DNA of 64,000 nucleotides from Tubiluchus corallicola (Eukaryota > Animalia > Priapulida). Both the position numbers and the translations under genes were made by a program. The notes beneath the pieces were generated by a model, which was not told the origin of the DNA, searched no databases, and was given only the letters and a program-made list of their open reading frames with translations. Where the stretch lies: assembly GCA_030141605.1 (NCBI GenBank), contig JAQGDQ010000194.1, forward strand, positions 346,812-410,811, written 5' to 3'. Position 1 is the first letter of the stretch; each line of letters starts with the position of its first letter. Positions 10,010 to 24,779 of the stretch are shown here, piece by piece.

Positions 10010-12089
10010 CTAAAGTAAAACAGAAAGACTTGTGAAACTTCAACAAAGAGAGATTATTCGTTAACTGTAAATGTGGTCTCAAAATAAGCAATGATAATCT
10101 TTTACATTAATCATTAAGAAATCCAGAAATCTTCAAAGCGGGCAACATACTACAGTTATGAGAGCCATATTGCAACTCAACTTTTATATTGTTTTATATG
10201 TCGTTCCAGTTCAAAAATAAAAAAGGTCGTTTTACAAATTTATATTTAATGGAAAACCGCAATCAGTATAATAACATTCATTTGACAAGTAGATCTATTT
10301 TATGTGAAGTTAAAATACAAAATTAATTACCACAAATCAGCCTAATTAATATCTTTATAATTTGCTTATTTTGACATTATTAATTTGCAGTTCTGAACTT
10401 TTAGTACTGAACACCAGATCCAGCTATAAATGAATCTAGTTCGGCAATTTGCTAATTTGCACAATATTCTATTAAATTAACAAAACTGACATTGGTTAAG
10501 CTAAAGTGTGCTATAAGCGAAATTACCGTATATAAAGATCCAAAATAATACAAAAATGATGAATTTACTTAGATCATACGTCCCTAATAAAGCAAATTCA
10601 CCATATATCAATGTACCTAAATCTAGCACTATCATAATGTGAAAACTACTTTTATCGTTACTAAAGTAAAGAAGCCCGTTAACATCTACCAACCAACTGG
10701 TTTGCCCAGGTAAAAACAGATACACACGCGTGAACAATCGTGACCAACAAGATACTAAGGAAAATTTCATGCTGGCAAGATATTTAAAATCAAATCTTGA
10801 AACTCATTTCCCTATCACAAAAGCAAAACAACAACAAAAAATAGTGCCTAAACTTTGTGTCAGAACATTAATATAAATAAATAGAAATAGAATTAGAAGA
10901 TATTGCTGAAAGCAAATTTATTCAAAGAGTATCACAAAAGTGTCCTGCTACAACAAAGTGACAGAATGGCACACATTTCTAGTAAGGTCACAATAACGTA
11001 TATTCTTTAATTTACTCCGAAAAACGATGCCACAATGTAGCGCATCTAAAAATGCGACTGATAAAGAGAACAGGCACAATACAAGTTATTGCCGATGTGA
11101 AACTGAATTCTATTGCTTTCGTCAAATTAGACAGATTAATTTTTCTTAAACAGTACACATTATTTCAGATTTTAAGCTGTGTTATGTCAGTGATGAGGTT
11201 TGTGCAAAAACAGTTTTAATAAATTTTGTTGAAACTATGCACTCTTTTATCGGCTTCCTTCTGAGTACTATTATCAGCTCCCTAGGCCTATGCCATTCTG
11301 TTCACTTATACAATACTGAACGCCAATAAAAAATACGAACGATTTTAGTAACTCTTGAGTACGTTGAAATAGTGAAAGCACAAAGTGCCATGTAGTCGAC
11401 ATGAGAGCACCATATTTTTGAAAACGGGGAAAAGGATTAACATGTTTCAAATTTTTAACCAAGAACAAACTAACTGACCGTCATATCAACTTTTGATTCA
11501 ATTGGATGAAATTATAATTTAAAATTAATTATTAAACAGCTCTAACAATGCTCATAATGAGTTGCTGCTGTATACTACAAGTTTTTTTATTTTGAACCAA
11601 TCTAACTGAACAATGACATTCTAACTAATCATTCTGCCCAATTAACATTTGGGTCAAAAAGTGTGGCGCCAGTGCGAGACTGAATCACCGCATTTTTTTT
11701 GGGACCCAAGCTGCCTAACATTCGTAAAGTTTCTATGGTAAAAGCACCTTACAAATGATGTTTTGGCGGACTCACTTGTGACACACTAATAAATTAGGTC
11801 ATTAACTTGTAAAATTTTCGTTTTTTTGAAATCACATGATCCTGATTGTCGCATAAGACATATTAGCCACACACACAACTAGTTTAATGAAATATAGCAA
11901 AGTGATTTATTTTATATAATAAAACATATTAACTTAATGCAGTGTTGTTTCTGTTTATAATTTAGCTTGATGTAGACATTATAGTCTTTATGAAGCTATT
12001 GAATGTGCTCCCTGTGTTATCTAATTCATATTTAAACTGAGATCATTTTTGTATGAATGATTATAGATGGCGTGCATTGTGAAATAAAT

Positions 12090-13330
12090 GCTCTTATCTT
12101 GTCTTGTCTTGTCCTGTCCTGTTCTATCCTGTCCTGTCCTGTCTTATCTTATCTTATTTACGATTAACTGCAGGTGCAACACCGTTATCTGTACATCTGT
12201 ACATAAAACAAAAGGTCTTAACCAACGGATCAGGTCACCTGGAAGGAATGGGGGCGAAAAACCTCCAAAATCTCGTTTTTGACCGTTTCGCAAAACTTAT
12301 AACCCTTATTTCTAGAGAACAGGAATGTGCCGGCAGCTGTCTGGTAATAATTGGATAGCCTGTTTGATGGTGGGTGCTACAGGTTTAGATTTAGAGATTT
12401 AGATTTAAAAAACTGCTCAAACAGCTTCCAGGAAAACTCAGATTTGTGCAACTGTTTAGGCATGTTGGGGAAAAATAAGCACAGAGGACAGAGGACAGAA
12501 GGTATCGTCGAGAGAGGTCCACTCAACAAAACCGGAAGGGTGTATTTCAAAATTCTTTTCATCCTTCCAGTGCTGCATGCTATTTGGAACAGCCATTGTC
12601 TTTCAGCGTTAGACATTTCGCGGTTGTTCCAAGAATTATCATCACCGATAATAATGTCATGTTAAAGACTGTACATGTAAGTTATATGTGACCCCGTTGT
12701 CATCTGGAAAGCAGTAAGCAGAACTATGTAGAATGTCCTTGCATTATTGATCCATGCGTCTGACAGGTTTTGCTATAGCACACAATTTCAACTTTGTGCA
12801 AAATGTTTTGCACTGTTTTGAAATGATGCTGCACTGTTGGCGTTAGTGTTTTACATATCGTCATCACCATCACCATTATGATCATCATGTGATATAGTGG
12901 GTTTGGTGTGGTGTGGTATGTTATGAATAGTGTGATGGGAGCAGCATGGCATGGGGTGTTGTTAAAAGCATGATGTCGGTGGTATGCTGTGGGTGTTTGG
13001 TGTAGTGTGGCCTGGGTTTTGTGGATGATTAGGTCTGAATAGTGCGGTTGGGCAGTATGATGTGGTGTGTGTGGTGTGGGTGCAATGTGTGGGATTTGTG
13101 GGTGGGTTGCGGTGTGGTGTGGCATATCTGGTATGGTGTGGCATGACGTGGTGCGGTGGTTGTGGGCATGGTATGAGTGGTGTGTGTGTTGCACGGCAGT
13201 ATGGTCTGGGTGATGTCTTGTACATAGTAGTGTGGTGTAGTATGGCATGGTACAAGTGGTGTGGCATGGATGGTGAGGTTGGTGTGGCATGGTACGAATG
13301 GTGTGCTAAGCATGGCGTAGTCGATGTGAT
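12090..13330 (-). repeat. Composite interspersed repeat (CACCA-rich minisatellite, core, GACAG/GACAA microsatellite), possibly Helentron-associated
   Basis: Reverse complement of about 12236-12315 matches about 31122-31207, and the block near 12860-12920 resembles about 30480-30540 in inverted orientation. The Helentron label is inference. Confidence 0.55.
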
Positions 13331-16300
13331 GAGGATTTTGTGGGGTTTGGCTAGTAATTATTATTAATTGTGACAACATAATATAATTTTGCTGTATTAA
13401 GTTAGACATGCTGCTTCAATGCTTCACAAAATACAACTGACTCAGTTTAGCGAAAGTTAGAAGTTTAAGCATTCTCCCACAGATATCAGGAAAATGTAAT
13501 AATTAAAACTGTGCATTACTACTAATCTTCTTTAGCAACTCAACTATACACCTGTTGCATTCCAGGTTTATATGCACGAGCTGAAAGAAAGCAACTGACC
13601 TCGGCATTTGTCAGAAAAATGCCTTACTTTTTCATTGCTGATTATGCAGGCTGGATAGATGAAAAAATGTACTCAAAAAATGTAACATCAGGTATTGCAC
13701 TACAAGGAAATTTTGAAAAAAAATGGTCACAACTCAAACAGTACAAACGATTGCATTAATGAGGAAATATGCACAAGAAGGACTTGAGGTAAATATATGA
13801 TACAGACTTACTTTCACCATAAACACTAGTAAAGTTCTGTGCAATGAATTCTCTGTTTCCAACATCACCTGGTAATAACTAAGAAATTGTTTTCCATCAC
13901 TTTTCACATCACAATTTGCAGACACACATGGTGGTGGAATCAGAGATTGACACTGGTGAGATAGCGAAAAATCATCAAAGTACAATTCCAAACAGAAGGC
14001 CTCACACTTATTTAGTGTCAAAGTGACAATTTAACGCAATATTGTTACTTTATATTTTGTTGTAGGAAAGAAAACCCTATTGAAGATACTTGAGCATTTC
14101 CAGTATGCACCTTGGTCTAATCAGTCTAATGGAATGGAACAAACCACTAAATTCATCAGTGCATGCTACATACTTGGCCTGCCTGAAATGCAATTCTGAA
14201 ACTGAAGTAGCTGTATGGGGACAGTATGGCACAGTAACAGATGTTACTAGGACCAGGTACAATTTTAAAGACGATCACCTCATACCTCCTGCCTGTGATG
14301 CCATTTTCATTTCAGCGCCACCATCCCGCTTGACAGAAATAATTATGGGCATCTAGGGCGTTAATACGTCCTCATTTAAATCTGCCTCAATACTAATTCA
14401 TTGTTCCTACAGCACATACAGTAAATGAAGTAGACCTACTGGATTACAGGAGGGGAGTCGCCACATACTATGTCAGTTTTGAAGAATAATTTGTAATAAG
14501 CTTTACAGGCATTTCCTCATTTGTTAATTCAGCTTGAAAGTAACTTCAAATTTTTCTGTGTATTATAGAACCCAGCACGTGCACAGAGGGAGAGTTAGGG
14601 GGACTTGAACCTATGTCCTTTCTGATCTTCATATCAAAAGCGCCCCTTCAGTCAAAATAAAAAAGACATTTTGACAGCAGAAAATCTTTATTCAAAAAAT
14701 TCAAGTGCCACGAACCTACTGGCTTTATTTTGCAGGGCACCCAAAAGATATCAATGAAAGTAAATATTGGACAGATAAATATATCACTGTGAAAAAGACG
14801 TAGGTACTTTTTTTTCCACTTTTGCCCTCTTCCCGTGCATTGTTTTCCTCTTTTTTTCTAGTGTCAATCTGACTGAAGTGAGTCAATATAGTTTACAGCG
14901 TGCAATGTTCTTAAATTATAGAGGTTTATCTATTTTGATAAATTGAGTAGACGTTGAAATGACTAAATTGAGTTCTACATCGTCTTGCAAGCGAAGAATA
15001 ATCATCTTTACCTGTTGTAGTGTCTTGAGTGAATGTAAGCATGGAATATTAGTCGTAGCGAGAAAAAAAATTGTGTGAAGAATACAAACTAGTATATGAG
15101 TCAAGTGGATGAAAGAAGCTTGGATAGAGCGATGGTAGCGAAGAAGTATGGGCTGATAGAGAGTATGCGGAAACATTACTGAGAAGACCATATTATGGAT
15201 TAAAATGGTGTATGCAAGTTAATGGCATAACTCGGATGCAAAGTCGAGAGGTGCATTTCTAGTTGTTCACAAAAAAAACGAAATTTTTTGATGCGAGACA
15301 CCATAATAATTTATAGTTGTTCTTTAAAAATGGTATTGTGGATAGAGCTTTTGAATTTCAAGAATACATGCAAGTTTATGCATTTGCTATAGAATTTTCT
15401 ATATTGGCCTTGGTAAGACTGTGCTTCATGTGCAGCCGTATAAGTAGTTCAACAATTTTTGTATAAGAACGGTCTTATAAGTAAGATGTGGATTGTAGTT
15501 ATAACATATTATTGTGGACATGTATGTATTTCTTTAGAACATTATAATTCCCCATAATGCTTGTTTTCCCAATCTATAATTTTTAGCTATTTCAATTTAA
15601 ATCGCGTTCGATTACAGTTACCAAGGTAAAATGAGTTGATTCCCCATCGAGGAGTCTTTTGACACAGTGACTACAAATTGTGTAGCTAGTAGATGTACAG
15701 TTTTTCATTGTGTAAATTTTTAAGCAAAATTTAGGGGAGCCGTGTAACTGTGAGCAAAGACAATTTGTAACAGATCTTTGGTCTAAACTTCCCAGGTAAA
15801 ATACTGGGATCGTTAATTGTGATTTCGTGCAAGTGTTCCAAAATTGCGGATAATGTGATCAAAATTTTTGGTTGGTATGTTCTCTCTTCCCGCATGTAGG
15901 TCACATGATTGCACTTAGTAGGCGAGAAGGAACAAACGCATCGAAATTACTGCGAACAAATTATTAAAGCATTTTACTATGATGTTAACCTTAGAATCAT
16001 CTGCATAATACCGATTATTGTGATATAAGGTTATAGAGGTTACATATATTTTGTAATCAATAGGAAACGTGTAAATCTACTATTGGCATCAGGGAAGATT
16101 TGTTTCGTGGCAATAAAGGCTTGACACTAAAATAAGCAGTAGTTCAGTAGTAACATTTCACGACACCGCGCATGTTGGGTACGTTGTCCAACCTGGTCCA
16201 AGAAGTGAATTTAGCTGTGAATGCGATGCCTGCAACAATCAGTAGTGTGTGGACGGGTCATGTGATCTATTGAGAGTTGTATTTAAGAAGGGCAGATCCA

Positions 16301-16346
16301 GAGGCAAGAGACATTCGCTGCTGACAAGGTTTGATACCATAAAGCC

Positions 16347-16436
16347 TGCTAACAAACTCTGCTAATATGAGAGTTGCTAAAAAAACTCTGTAATACAAGA
16401 GTTGCTAACAAGCTCTGTTATCTCAAGAGCTGCTAA
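16347..16436 (+). repeat. Three tandem ~28-bp hairpin-forming units
   Basis: Each unit is TGCTAA... followed by a stem: AACTCT/AGAGTT twice, then AGCTCT/AGAGCT. Confidence 0.7.
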
Positions 16437-19400
16437 TTATATATAAGCCCTGAACCATAATAAAACAATAAAATAAATAATACAATGTTAAATTGTTAAA
16501 TTATCAAAGTCAATAATCCTCCAATATCAGTTTGTCTGCTATTGACTTTGGGAACTAACACTGTGTTCAAGAACGTAGATTGCCTCCTACATGCATACTG
16601 TGGACTTCAGGAAACTCACTTGTGCCGAAGTGTTTCTTAGGCTTAATAATCAGATGCATCCAAGCCATTGGTGCAAAGTACCATGATCTGCACATCTTTC
16701 TGTGACATGAACCCCTAGCCACGTTACAATACCAATACAGATACATTTCTGTATGTTAGGTTGTTTACTTTTCTCTTAAAATTTTTTAATCAAAAGAATC
16801 AGACGAATAAGTTTAGATCTGCTTTCTTCTGAGTACATTTTAGTTTTATTATAGAAACTAAATACATCAAAACGACGTATGTGCCATTTTTCCTGCACTT
16901 ATATTACCGAGCCATTTCTTCCTCTGTCGCTGTTACCCGCACCACTCAGTACACACTGTAAAGGCTTTTAACGAATTTTAGAAAAGGAGTAATTTCTAAA
17001 TTCTCAAGTATGTGAAGTTATTTAAAAATATTAATTTATATAAGTGATTCAGTGAATTAATAATAAAATATAGAAGCATGCTTTTCTAAATCACACAAGT
17101 CTGTTTATTTACAAAAATTTCTTCTTTTCTTCGTCATGCTCTGTAGGTTCAGCTAAGCATCCACTTACTACCCGACAATTTTAACATTGACCTGAATAGT
17201 CGATTCAATTTCCACCCAACGTTTCAAATTTGTTGCTGCTCATACCTAATGATGCAGTTGGGCTTATCTCTTGCAAAGTGAGAATTGCGGTCTTAGTTTT
17301 ATTCACACGAGTGAATCTAGCATTAGTGAAGCAGTTATGAATTGTGTGTTCTGTGACAATAAACCCAGTTCAGGACATAGCCAATAAATGCAATACATTG
17401 AAAAGGATCCCCCGAATCCATCGCTTCATAGTCTCAATGTGCACTGCCTCTTTTTTGCTTTACTTAATTGTATCTTATAATATTAACAACTTTTGCATGA
17501 TTTTTCTTTATTACGCTAAAATGAACTTCATTGAAGGCGTTTCTAAGACCAATAGTGTTATAAACGAACTCTATGTACAAAACGCCATGTACAAAAGGTA
17601 TTAAATCTGTAAATAGGGGCGACTTAGTTGACCATATGGTCTTTGGCCACCTTTCACCACGCAGTTATGCTTTCTTTTCAACACCAAGTAGGTACTAACA
17701 AATACCTATTAGTATGTAAATTGTGAAAATTACTGCTATGTCTATCACGTACTGTAAAACATAAAGGAGCTAAATAAGCAATCTTAATCTTAATCTCAAT
17801 CTTCTTAGATGCTGGATTCTCATTTTGGCTTGCTAACTACTCAATTTCCAACTGCGCTGTTTGCATACCTCTCCCCATCTTTGAAAGTGCTTCTTAGATA
17901 TTTACGCTTATGCTCTATGTTTTCAAAATTAACACAGCACTCTAATTTGTTCTGTGATGTTTACTCCTGTAAGTCATTTGCAGAAACTGCACATGCATCA
18001 GAGGTATAACAGCTATAGTTAACTAATTAAACATTCTATGAAAACCATTAACAGCTTAAAAAGCAAACCACTAGACAAGTGATTAAATGCTTAGCTTCTA
18101 GAAACTTTTCGATAACGAGGTTAATTGCAGCAGATGAAAGTGTAACAGAATCAAAGCAAAACTGCTATGCTAGCGTATTAGTGCAAGACACTTACAAACA
18201 TGACATGAATTTTTCTATACATATACATTATAAAGCACAAAAGCGAACTAAGATGACATAAAAGTAATAAAAGCTCATTGATCATTCAAAAGTGTCTTAT
18301 TTGAGCATGTGAAGCAAAATAAGGAGTCTAACATAATAACAATGATTTTGGCAGACTGCCTAATCAGCGTGCAAGTTATTTCACACACCCATGCCGAAAT
18401 TAGTTAATGCAGGTACCTTCATGACAATTAGCTACAGCTGTGTCAAATACCGTTATGAAAAATGCACAATTTTTCATTAGTTAGCGGGAGAAATATTGGC
18501 CTGGTTCTAAATTTTTTATTGTCAATTGAAATTGTAAGTGAATTAGTGGAAATCTATAGTCTAGTTTTGTTTATAGTAAAAAATGCGCAATGCTTACGTC
18601 TATGAATTGCTGATTAAACCATTTTGCAATCAAGAAAATATGCAGTTTAGTTTAGTTTATGGCTTTGCAAGTTAGATAAAAAACAACTTGATTAACTTTA
18701 AATAAGGGCACAAAATGAAATATTTTCTTTTCTGGTCAGTTTTTATAAACCTCAATGAGATCTTTACAGTCAAAATTAATTCAAATGTGATCAAAACTTA
18801 TATTATACATAAGTGTAATACTAGTCAATTTTATGCTATTTTTCTGGTTATAATCATGGTTAAAAGATGCCATTGGGACTTATGCAACTCGGGCAATTAA
18901 AATAAGGGTCGTCTATGGAAAGGAACAATAAAATTTATTCTATTTCCGTAGCCTAACAAATGGAAAATACAAACTCTGAATAAATCTTGCAGATGAACAC
19001 ATGATCAGTCAATATAGAAAAAATACATCTCAGGCAAGAATTGATGTTCGCATGTTCAAAGGCAAAAGAGACTTAACATTTTTGTAGCTCATTTATTGTA
19101 AAGCAAGATTAACTGGATTAGTTTCTTTATAACGTCTCTGTATTCTGCTTAAATTGAAAAGTCATTTTTGGCTACTTGTAGTGTTAATTTCGTGTTTTAA
19201 TAGACGCCGCTTTGCAAATTTATGTTTATGAAAAGTGCAATCAGTTTATCTGCTGATTAGACGTCAATTATGACTGTCATGTTGTTTAGTTTAGTCTAGA
19301 GAGTTGCTGTCCAGAGTCAAATGTTGTCCCAAATGCCGCTGAGTGTGCTTATTAGAGGCAGTGCGATAGACCAATATATTTGACGTCAATTGTTGGAGCT

Positions 19401-19671
19401 AGATGGATGAGTGCAAAAACTGTGTGTCTCTCGCGTGTAAAAACTGTGTTGCTGAGCCAAATGAACTTTCTTACTGCATGAATTTTTTCATCATAAACGT
19501 AAACTTTCTGAGAGCAATGCATCATTCGCCTCACTTCCATGCCACTATACTTAAATAGTAATTGCCAGGCTGGCCAAATTGTAAGCAGACACAATGAATG
19601 TGGTTTAATACTACATACAACAAAGTCACAATGCCAAAAGAAACTAAAAAATGCAATGATAAATTTCTTAC

Positions 19672-19839
19672 CTCCCATTCTAGGCTTTGTACAGACTGAA
19701 CCACATTTAGCAGAACTGCAACATCTATAGGCCCCAAGACAATCATCATCTCTAACACATGACACATTCATAGACGGACAGTGCAAGCCCTTCCCATCTA
19801 CATCAGGACAGGCACCCTTTTTTGGTATGTCATTTTTTT
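19672..19839 (-). CDS. Exon 5: WAP (four-disulfide core) domain, module 2
   Basis: tttaaag|AA...ATGGGAG|gtaag; 168 nt, phase 1 to 1; KKGACPDVDGKGLHCPSMNVSCVRDDDCLGAYRCCSSAKCGSVCTKP, 8 Cys. Confidence 0.92.
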
Positions 19840-21009
19840 CTTTAAAGACAAAAACAACAGTTAGTTCACTAGCAATAAGTCTAACACGCAAATAAATACA
19901 ATAATATATTACACAATAAAATGAGAAAGCAATCTGTCCCTTAAACATAGTTTTACATTTTGTTCTGTAAACTGTAGGCCCGTTGTGAGGGCCCTAGCCA
20001 AGCAGAATTTTTGCCATTTTAAGAAACAAAAGGCAAATATTATGGACCAACAGATAATCAGCCATTTGGTACAAGACTTTTGGGTACAAGGCTTCGCTCG
20101 AAAGTAATGTGCAAATATTTGATTTTGTGAATTGGATAGAGGGTACTGATATGACGTAATTTAGCCACTAAGGTCACTAATCATACCAACAAATGAAAGC
20201 CCACATAAAACTTTCTATTTGTCCCTGCTAATAGTGGCAAAGTGTCTATTTGTGAATATTTTGGAGTTATGAATCTCCAAAGTGCAAGATCATTTCGCGA
20301 CCTTTTATATCCGGTGGCAGCATGCCAAAATGCAAAATTTAGCAAAAGCAGAATTTTTGCCATCTTAAGAAATAAAAGACAAATTCAGTTCCACTTTATA
20401 ACTTAGTAACTGTTCTCCTCTTAATAACTACAATATAATAAATGCATTTAATAATGTCACTTTTGATGAGCTTCTACAGCAATGTCAAAATGAAAATGAC
20501 ATTAGTAACGGTTCTAGTACCAATAACAATTTGGACAAAGAATTAATAAGCACATCAGATTGACTTCAGTATGAATGACTTCACAACAAATCTTTATCAC
20601 AATAGCTGAATAAAGGGTAGTAGCCATTTTATCGGCGATTTGGCAAGCAATAGTAAAAAAATATTTCAAGGTAGTCAACCCAGACTTTGTAAAGTAATAT
20701 TGTTTCATACAGAATTGATTTGATGAATGATGTTTTTGTAAAGACGCAAAGTAAAATTCAGACGTTTCGAACTTATTAGGTTGAGCCGCATATTACAGGT
20801 ACAAAAAATTTGTGGTGGACTAAAAAAAATTTGCAGCAATAATGTAAAGTAAAATGATCTAGGCTGCTGTTTATGACAAAGTCATAAAGTTAAGATTCTG
20901 CATTATCACTAAAACTAAAAAAAAATCTTTGCTGACTTCATCTTTCTCTGAAGATCATAATTTGCTATTGCTGAATTCTCCATGCTTGATTACCTGGGAA
21001 ATCTATTTC

Positions 21010-22940
21010 ATTGCAACCCCACTTTAACACTTTAGCCAATGTCACGTGATCTGGCCATGCCCACTTTCCGAAATTTTTTTTAATAAATATCTGCAATCGA
21101 CAGTCTACCCACCCATACGTCCAAAACAAAAGCTTCTAGTACAATACAGTAAGTGGTGTTGAGTGACAATGTTGTAGAAATTTGCAATCATTTTATTGTA
21201 AAACGTATACAATGTTCACAGACCATAAAATTGAACAAACAGTCATAAAGTTAGCATAATATTTTACAGTAGAAATTTTGCATCCTTTCTCAATGCTGTC
21301 TCTAGATCAACTGAAACTTGCATGCCTGACAGAATAAAGCTGTAATCACATGACCAGACCTACAAGTTCCTAATGGACGGTACATTACATTCATGCATAC
21401 ATACCATAAATGGAAAGGCCACCTACATTCTACAGACTACTAGTCAAACCAAAATCAAAGTCTACTTGGCTTCTTTGATAGAATAAAAATTAATGGTTTA
21501 CAGAAAGCTGTGTTACAATGTTATAATTTTTCTCTATTTAAACTTGAATAAGAGAGTTAGATCCAGAATTAAAGCGTGAAATTAACAACCTAATTACTCT
21601 GATTAATGACTACCTCTAAAAGCAAAAGGAAACAATATTTAGAAGCAAAAATCAATCTCTGACAAACTTTGTACAATTAGAGTAAAACAACGACTGTAGA
21701 TGGCAGCATAGACTAATTCAGTACTGTAGTGTAGTAGTCTAACAATTAAATGGATCACATAATACTACAATCGCGTACTCGGTACAATAAGCGACAAAAG
21801 TCATTCGCCCTAATTTTAACATTTTGAGTCCTACCAATATGACTTTTGAACCAGAGGTAAAAATTACCATAATTCTCTTTGTCTATTTAGGTTAGATGCT
21901 TGCCCTAAAAGTTTAGTGGTTCTAGCTCTTACACATATGGGGTTATTGGCCAAACCCCTTTTTAACACTTTTGCACACGTGACGTGACCTGGCCAAACCT
22001 ATTTTTTGAAAAATACTTCATGCACATCTACACTCATTCACCTACCCATAAATGCATAAACAGTGTCCCCTAGTCCAATACTGTAAGAGTTTTCACACTA
22101 ATTTTTAGATTTTGACTCCTAACTTTCCCAGACTGCAATTTCAGAAAGATACTTAATCCTTTCTGCCCCACAGGTCCAACTAACTGTAAAAGAAATTTTG
22201 AGTTTAACTGTTGAGTGACAAAGGAAAAACTGGCCGATGTCCAGTGTCCTTTACCCTTTGACCGGTCACTACACCAGTGTTAGAACTCCAAGCCCACTTT
22301 TCTAGAAATACTCAATGCATACACATCTACTTTTGCCTGGTTATCCATACATGCATAAATTAGTCCTAGTCCAAAGCTGTAAGAATTGAGGGACAAAGTC
22401 GTCCACTCTGGTTTTCACATTTTGGGTCTTGCTGCTTGACCTTTGACCCTGCAAGCTTCATGATTCTAGCTCTTATACATATGGAGTTGTTGACCAGACC
22501 CAATTTTAACACTTTTGCCCAGGCAACGCCCACTTTTCCAGTGCATATTTACTGCACATCTACAACCCCCCACACCTACCCTCACATACATAAACATTGA
22601 CTCCCTGTCCAATACTGCCAGGGGAGTTGTGTGACAAAGCGATTTGCCCACATTTTTCACATTTTGGCGCCTACCTCGGGCTCGTAAAAAATCTCAGGTC
22701 TTCAAGACCCCTGGTGCACATTTACCTAATAGTAACTTAATTCCTGTGAAAAAAATGAATTAAACTCAAAACCCAAGTAGATTAGTAATTGAAAAACAGA
22801 CCAATGTCCAGCATCCTTGGCCCTTTAAACAGAGGTCACTGGTCAATGTCTGTCCCCCAGCCTTAAGTGTCTACCCACCAAGTTTGGTAATAGAAGTTAT
22901 AGAAGTCTTTGTTCTAGGTAACATCGTTTTGGAGTTATTC
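21010..22940 (+). repeat. Degenerate multi-unit repeat, Helentron/HINE-like
   Basis: Recurring units ttaacactt...cacgtga..tggcca.gcccacttt...catctac...ctagtccaatactg near 21015, 21950, 22290 and 22500; tctagctctta...agttatt motifs. Family label is inference. Confidence 0.45.
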
Positions 22941-23241
22941 ACTGTCTAGTGGAGAAATAAAGCAAGAAAGAAATGGTTGATTCCCAAAAAACTTCTGCAA
23001 TAAGTATATATTTAACCATACACTAATAGTCAAAATACCCATTCTCACATATGGGTGAAGTTCAGTGGATGGATGAATGGATAAAATAATGGCTGCCCGG
23101 CCAAATCAATGAATGGACAGGAAGGATGACACTGAAATTTTAGTTTATAATATTGTTAAATCTGCTGTTAGATATAAATAAAGTGGGTAGCCTTTTTGTA
23201 ATAACGCAAACATGCAAAAAGCATCTGTAAATAACATTTAC

Positions 23242-23347
23242 TTGTTTTAAGGCATAGTGCAAGCGCTGGACAAAATTCTTGTTTACAATCAACTTCTGCT
23301 GTGAAACACACTTCTTCTTCACCATGACACGCTTTACGGGTTATCTC
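23242..23347 (-). CDS. Exon 4: Cys-rich linker, module 1
   Basis: ataacag|GAG...AAAACAA|gtaaat; 106 nt, phase 0 to 1; EITRKACHGEEEVCFTAEVDCKQEFCPALALCLKT; exactly bridges the phases of exons 3 and 5. Confidence 0.85.
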
Positions 23348-24779
23348 CTGTTATATAAAAAACAACATTAACACTGACAATAACTAATATTTTTCTTTAA
23401 ACGACAATAACGAAAACCTTTTGCATAAAAAAAACCTTTCATAGACAAGCAATAAAATGACGTAAATAGCTAGATTTGCAAATATTTTTAGTGACTTGTG
23501 GCTTTAGTTTTATTGATGCGCAACTTTGTGTTGGTCAGTGTGATGGTCCAGCCATGCTTCCCCATCATTGCAATCATTTTTATTTTCAAAGTGTGCAAAC
23601 ACTTTACAGCACCATCACACTATTAAAATTATTGCTGAAACTTTTTATCATAACTCTTTATAACTTTTGTCTAGCATCAATTATTTAACATAATGTTATG
23701 TTACCATGTCAGTGCTGTCGCCTGTTGTTGATTTCGTTATAATCTAAGTTGTTAACAGGTTTTAATTTTGTTGAATTCAAAAGTGAAGACCATTTAGCCA
23801 ATCAGGTGCTTACATATAGGTAACCTAGTTTCTGGACTGGAAAGATGGCCAAGTAGGTAACATGTGGATTAGAAAAATGGCTGTTAGTAGCCTTTTAGTT
23901 CTGTGAACTGTTAATAATCTTTATGCCAAAACCTGAAGTTTCCTGGTGTTCATGCCAAATCTGTTTATAATATGGATTGATGACATGGATCTACACTAAG
24001 CTGGAGAATGTTTTATGCACACTAACTATTAGTGAGCCAAGTATTATATGCTTTATTACTGGATCAACATGAGACTTCAACCTGCTGTTGTTAGAAGCAA
24101 CCTTTTTACATACTGATTGTAAGGACAATCTGTTCTTTGGATGTTTGGCTAACACCTTGTGCTTCAATCAATTCTGTCAAACTGCCAGACAGAGACAATC
24201 GACTTTACATGCAGAACGAAGTGTTGTGGATCTTCTGTGTTTCCACCTTACCTACCAAGCAACAATTCCTTACTAAGAGGAAGGGGAGTGCAAGAGACCA
24301 CACCGGAAGATCCAGGAGCTCCCAACGCAGAAACTGCATCACTACAGAACACTGGGGGCAGTACTATATTGCTGCTTCGTATAATGTATTATTTGTTTAT
24401 TACTTTGATATCTTCAATAACAATCACTGAAATATTAATTTCATAATTAAACGTTAATTTCTATTTCAAGCTTCAGTATAACCAAACTCGCTATAATTTC
24501 AAGCTTCAGTATAACTAGTTTTAGGAGAGTGCGCCAGTACCTTAATTAGCTCACTAACATGCCACAAACACTTCGTGATCAGATAGAGACATATGAATGA
24601 CCTGTTTAAACCATCCTGACAAGGTAAATTATAACACAAGGTCTTCACAGTCTAATGACACATTTTTTCAAACAAAATCACAGCAAAGATTCATTTGGCG
24701 GCTCATTATAAATTCTTTTTATTTTTGGGTGACGTACTTGCGATGGAAGTCTCATAAACAGGTCTTGACATTTTGATAG

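Noticed and set aside
12724-13409. His/Pro/Thr-rich ORFs of 101-188 aa on both strands
   Set aside because: They are translations of a stop-poor CACCA/TGGTG minisatellite that is open in several frames.
19352-19948. 198-aa ORF as a stand-alone WAP gene
   Set aside because: Only 19672-19839 is bounded by splice sites and paralogous to 60908-61066; the rest is intron read-through.
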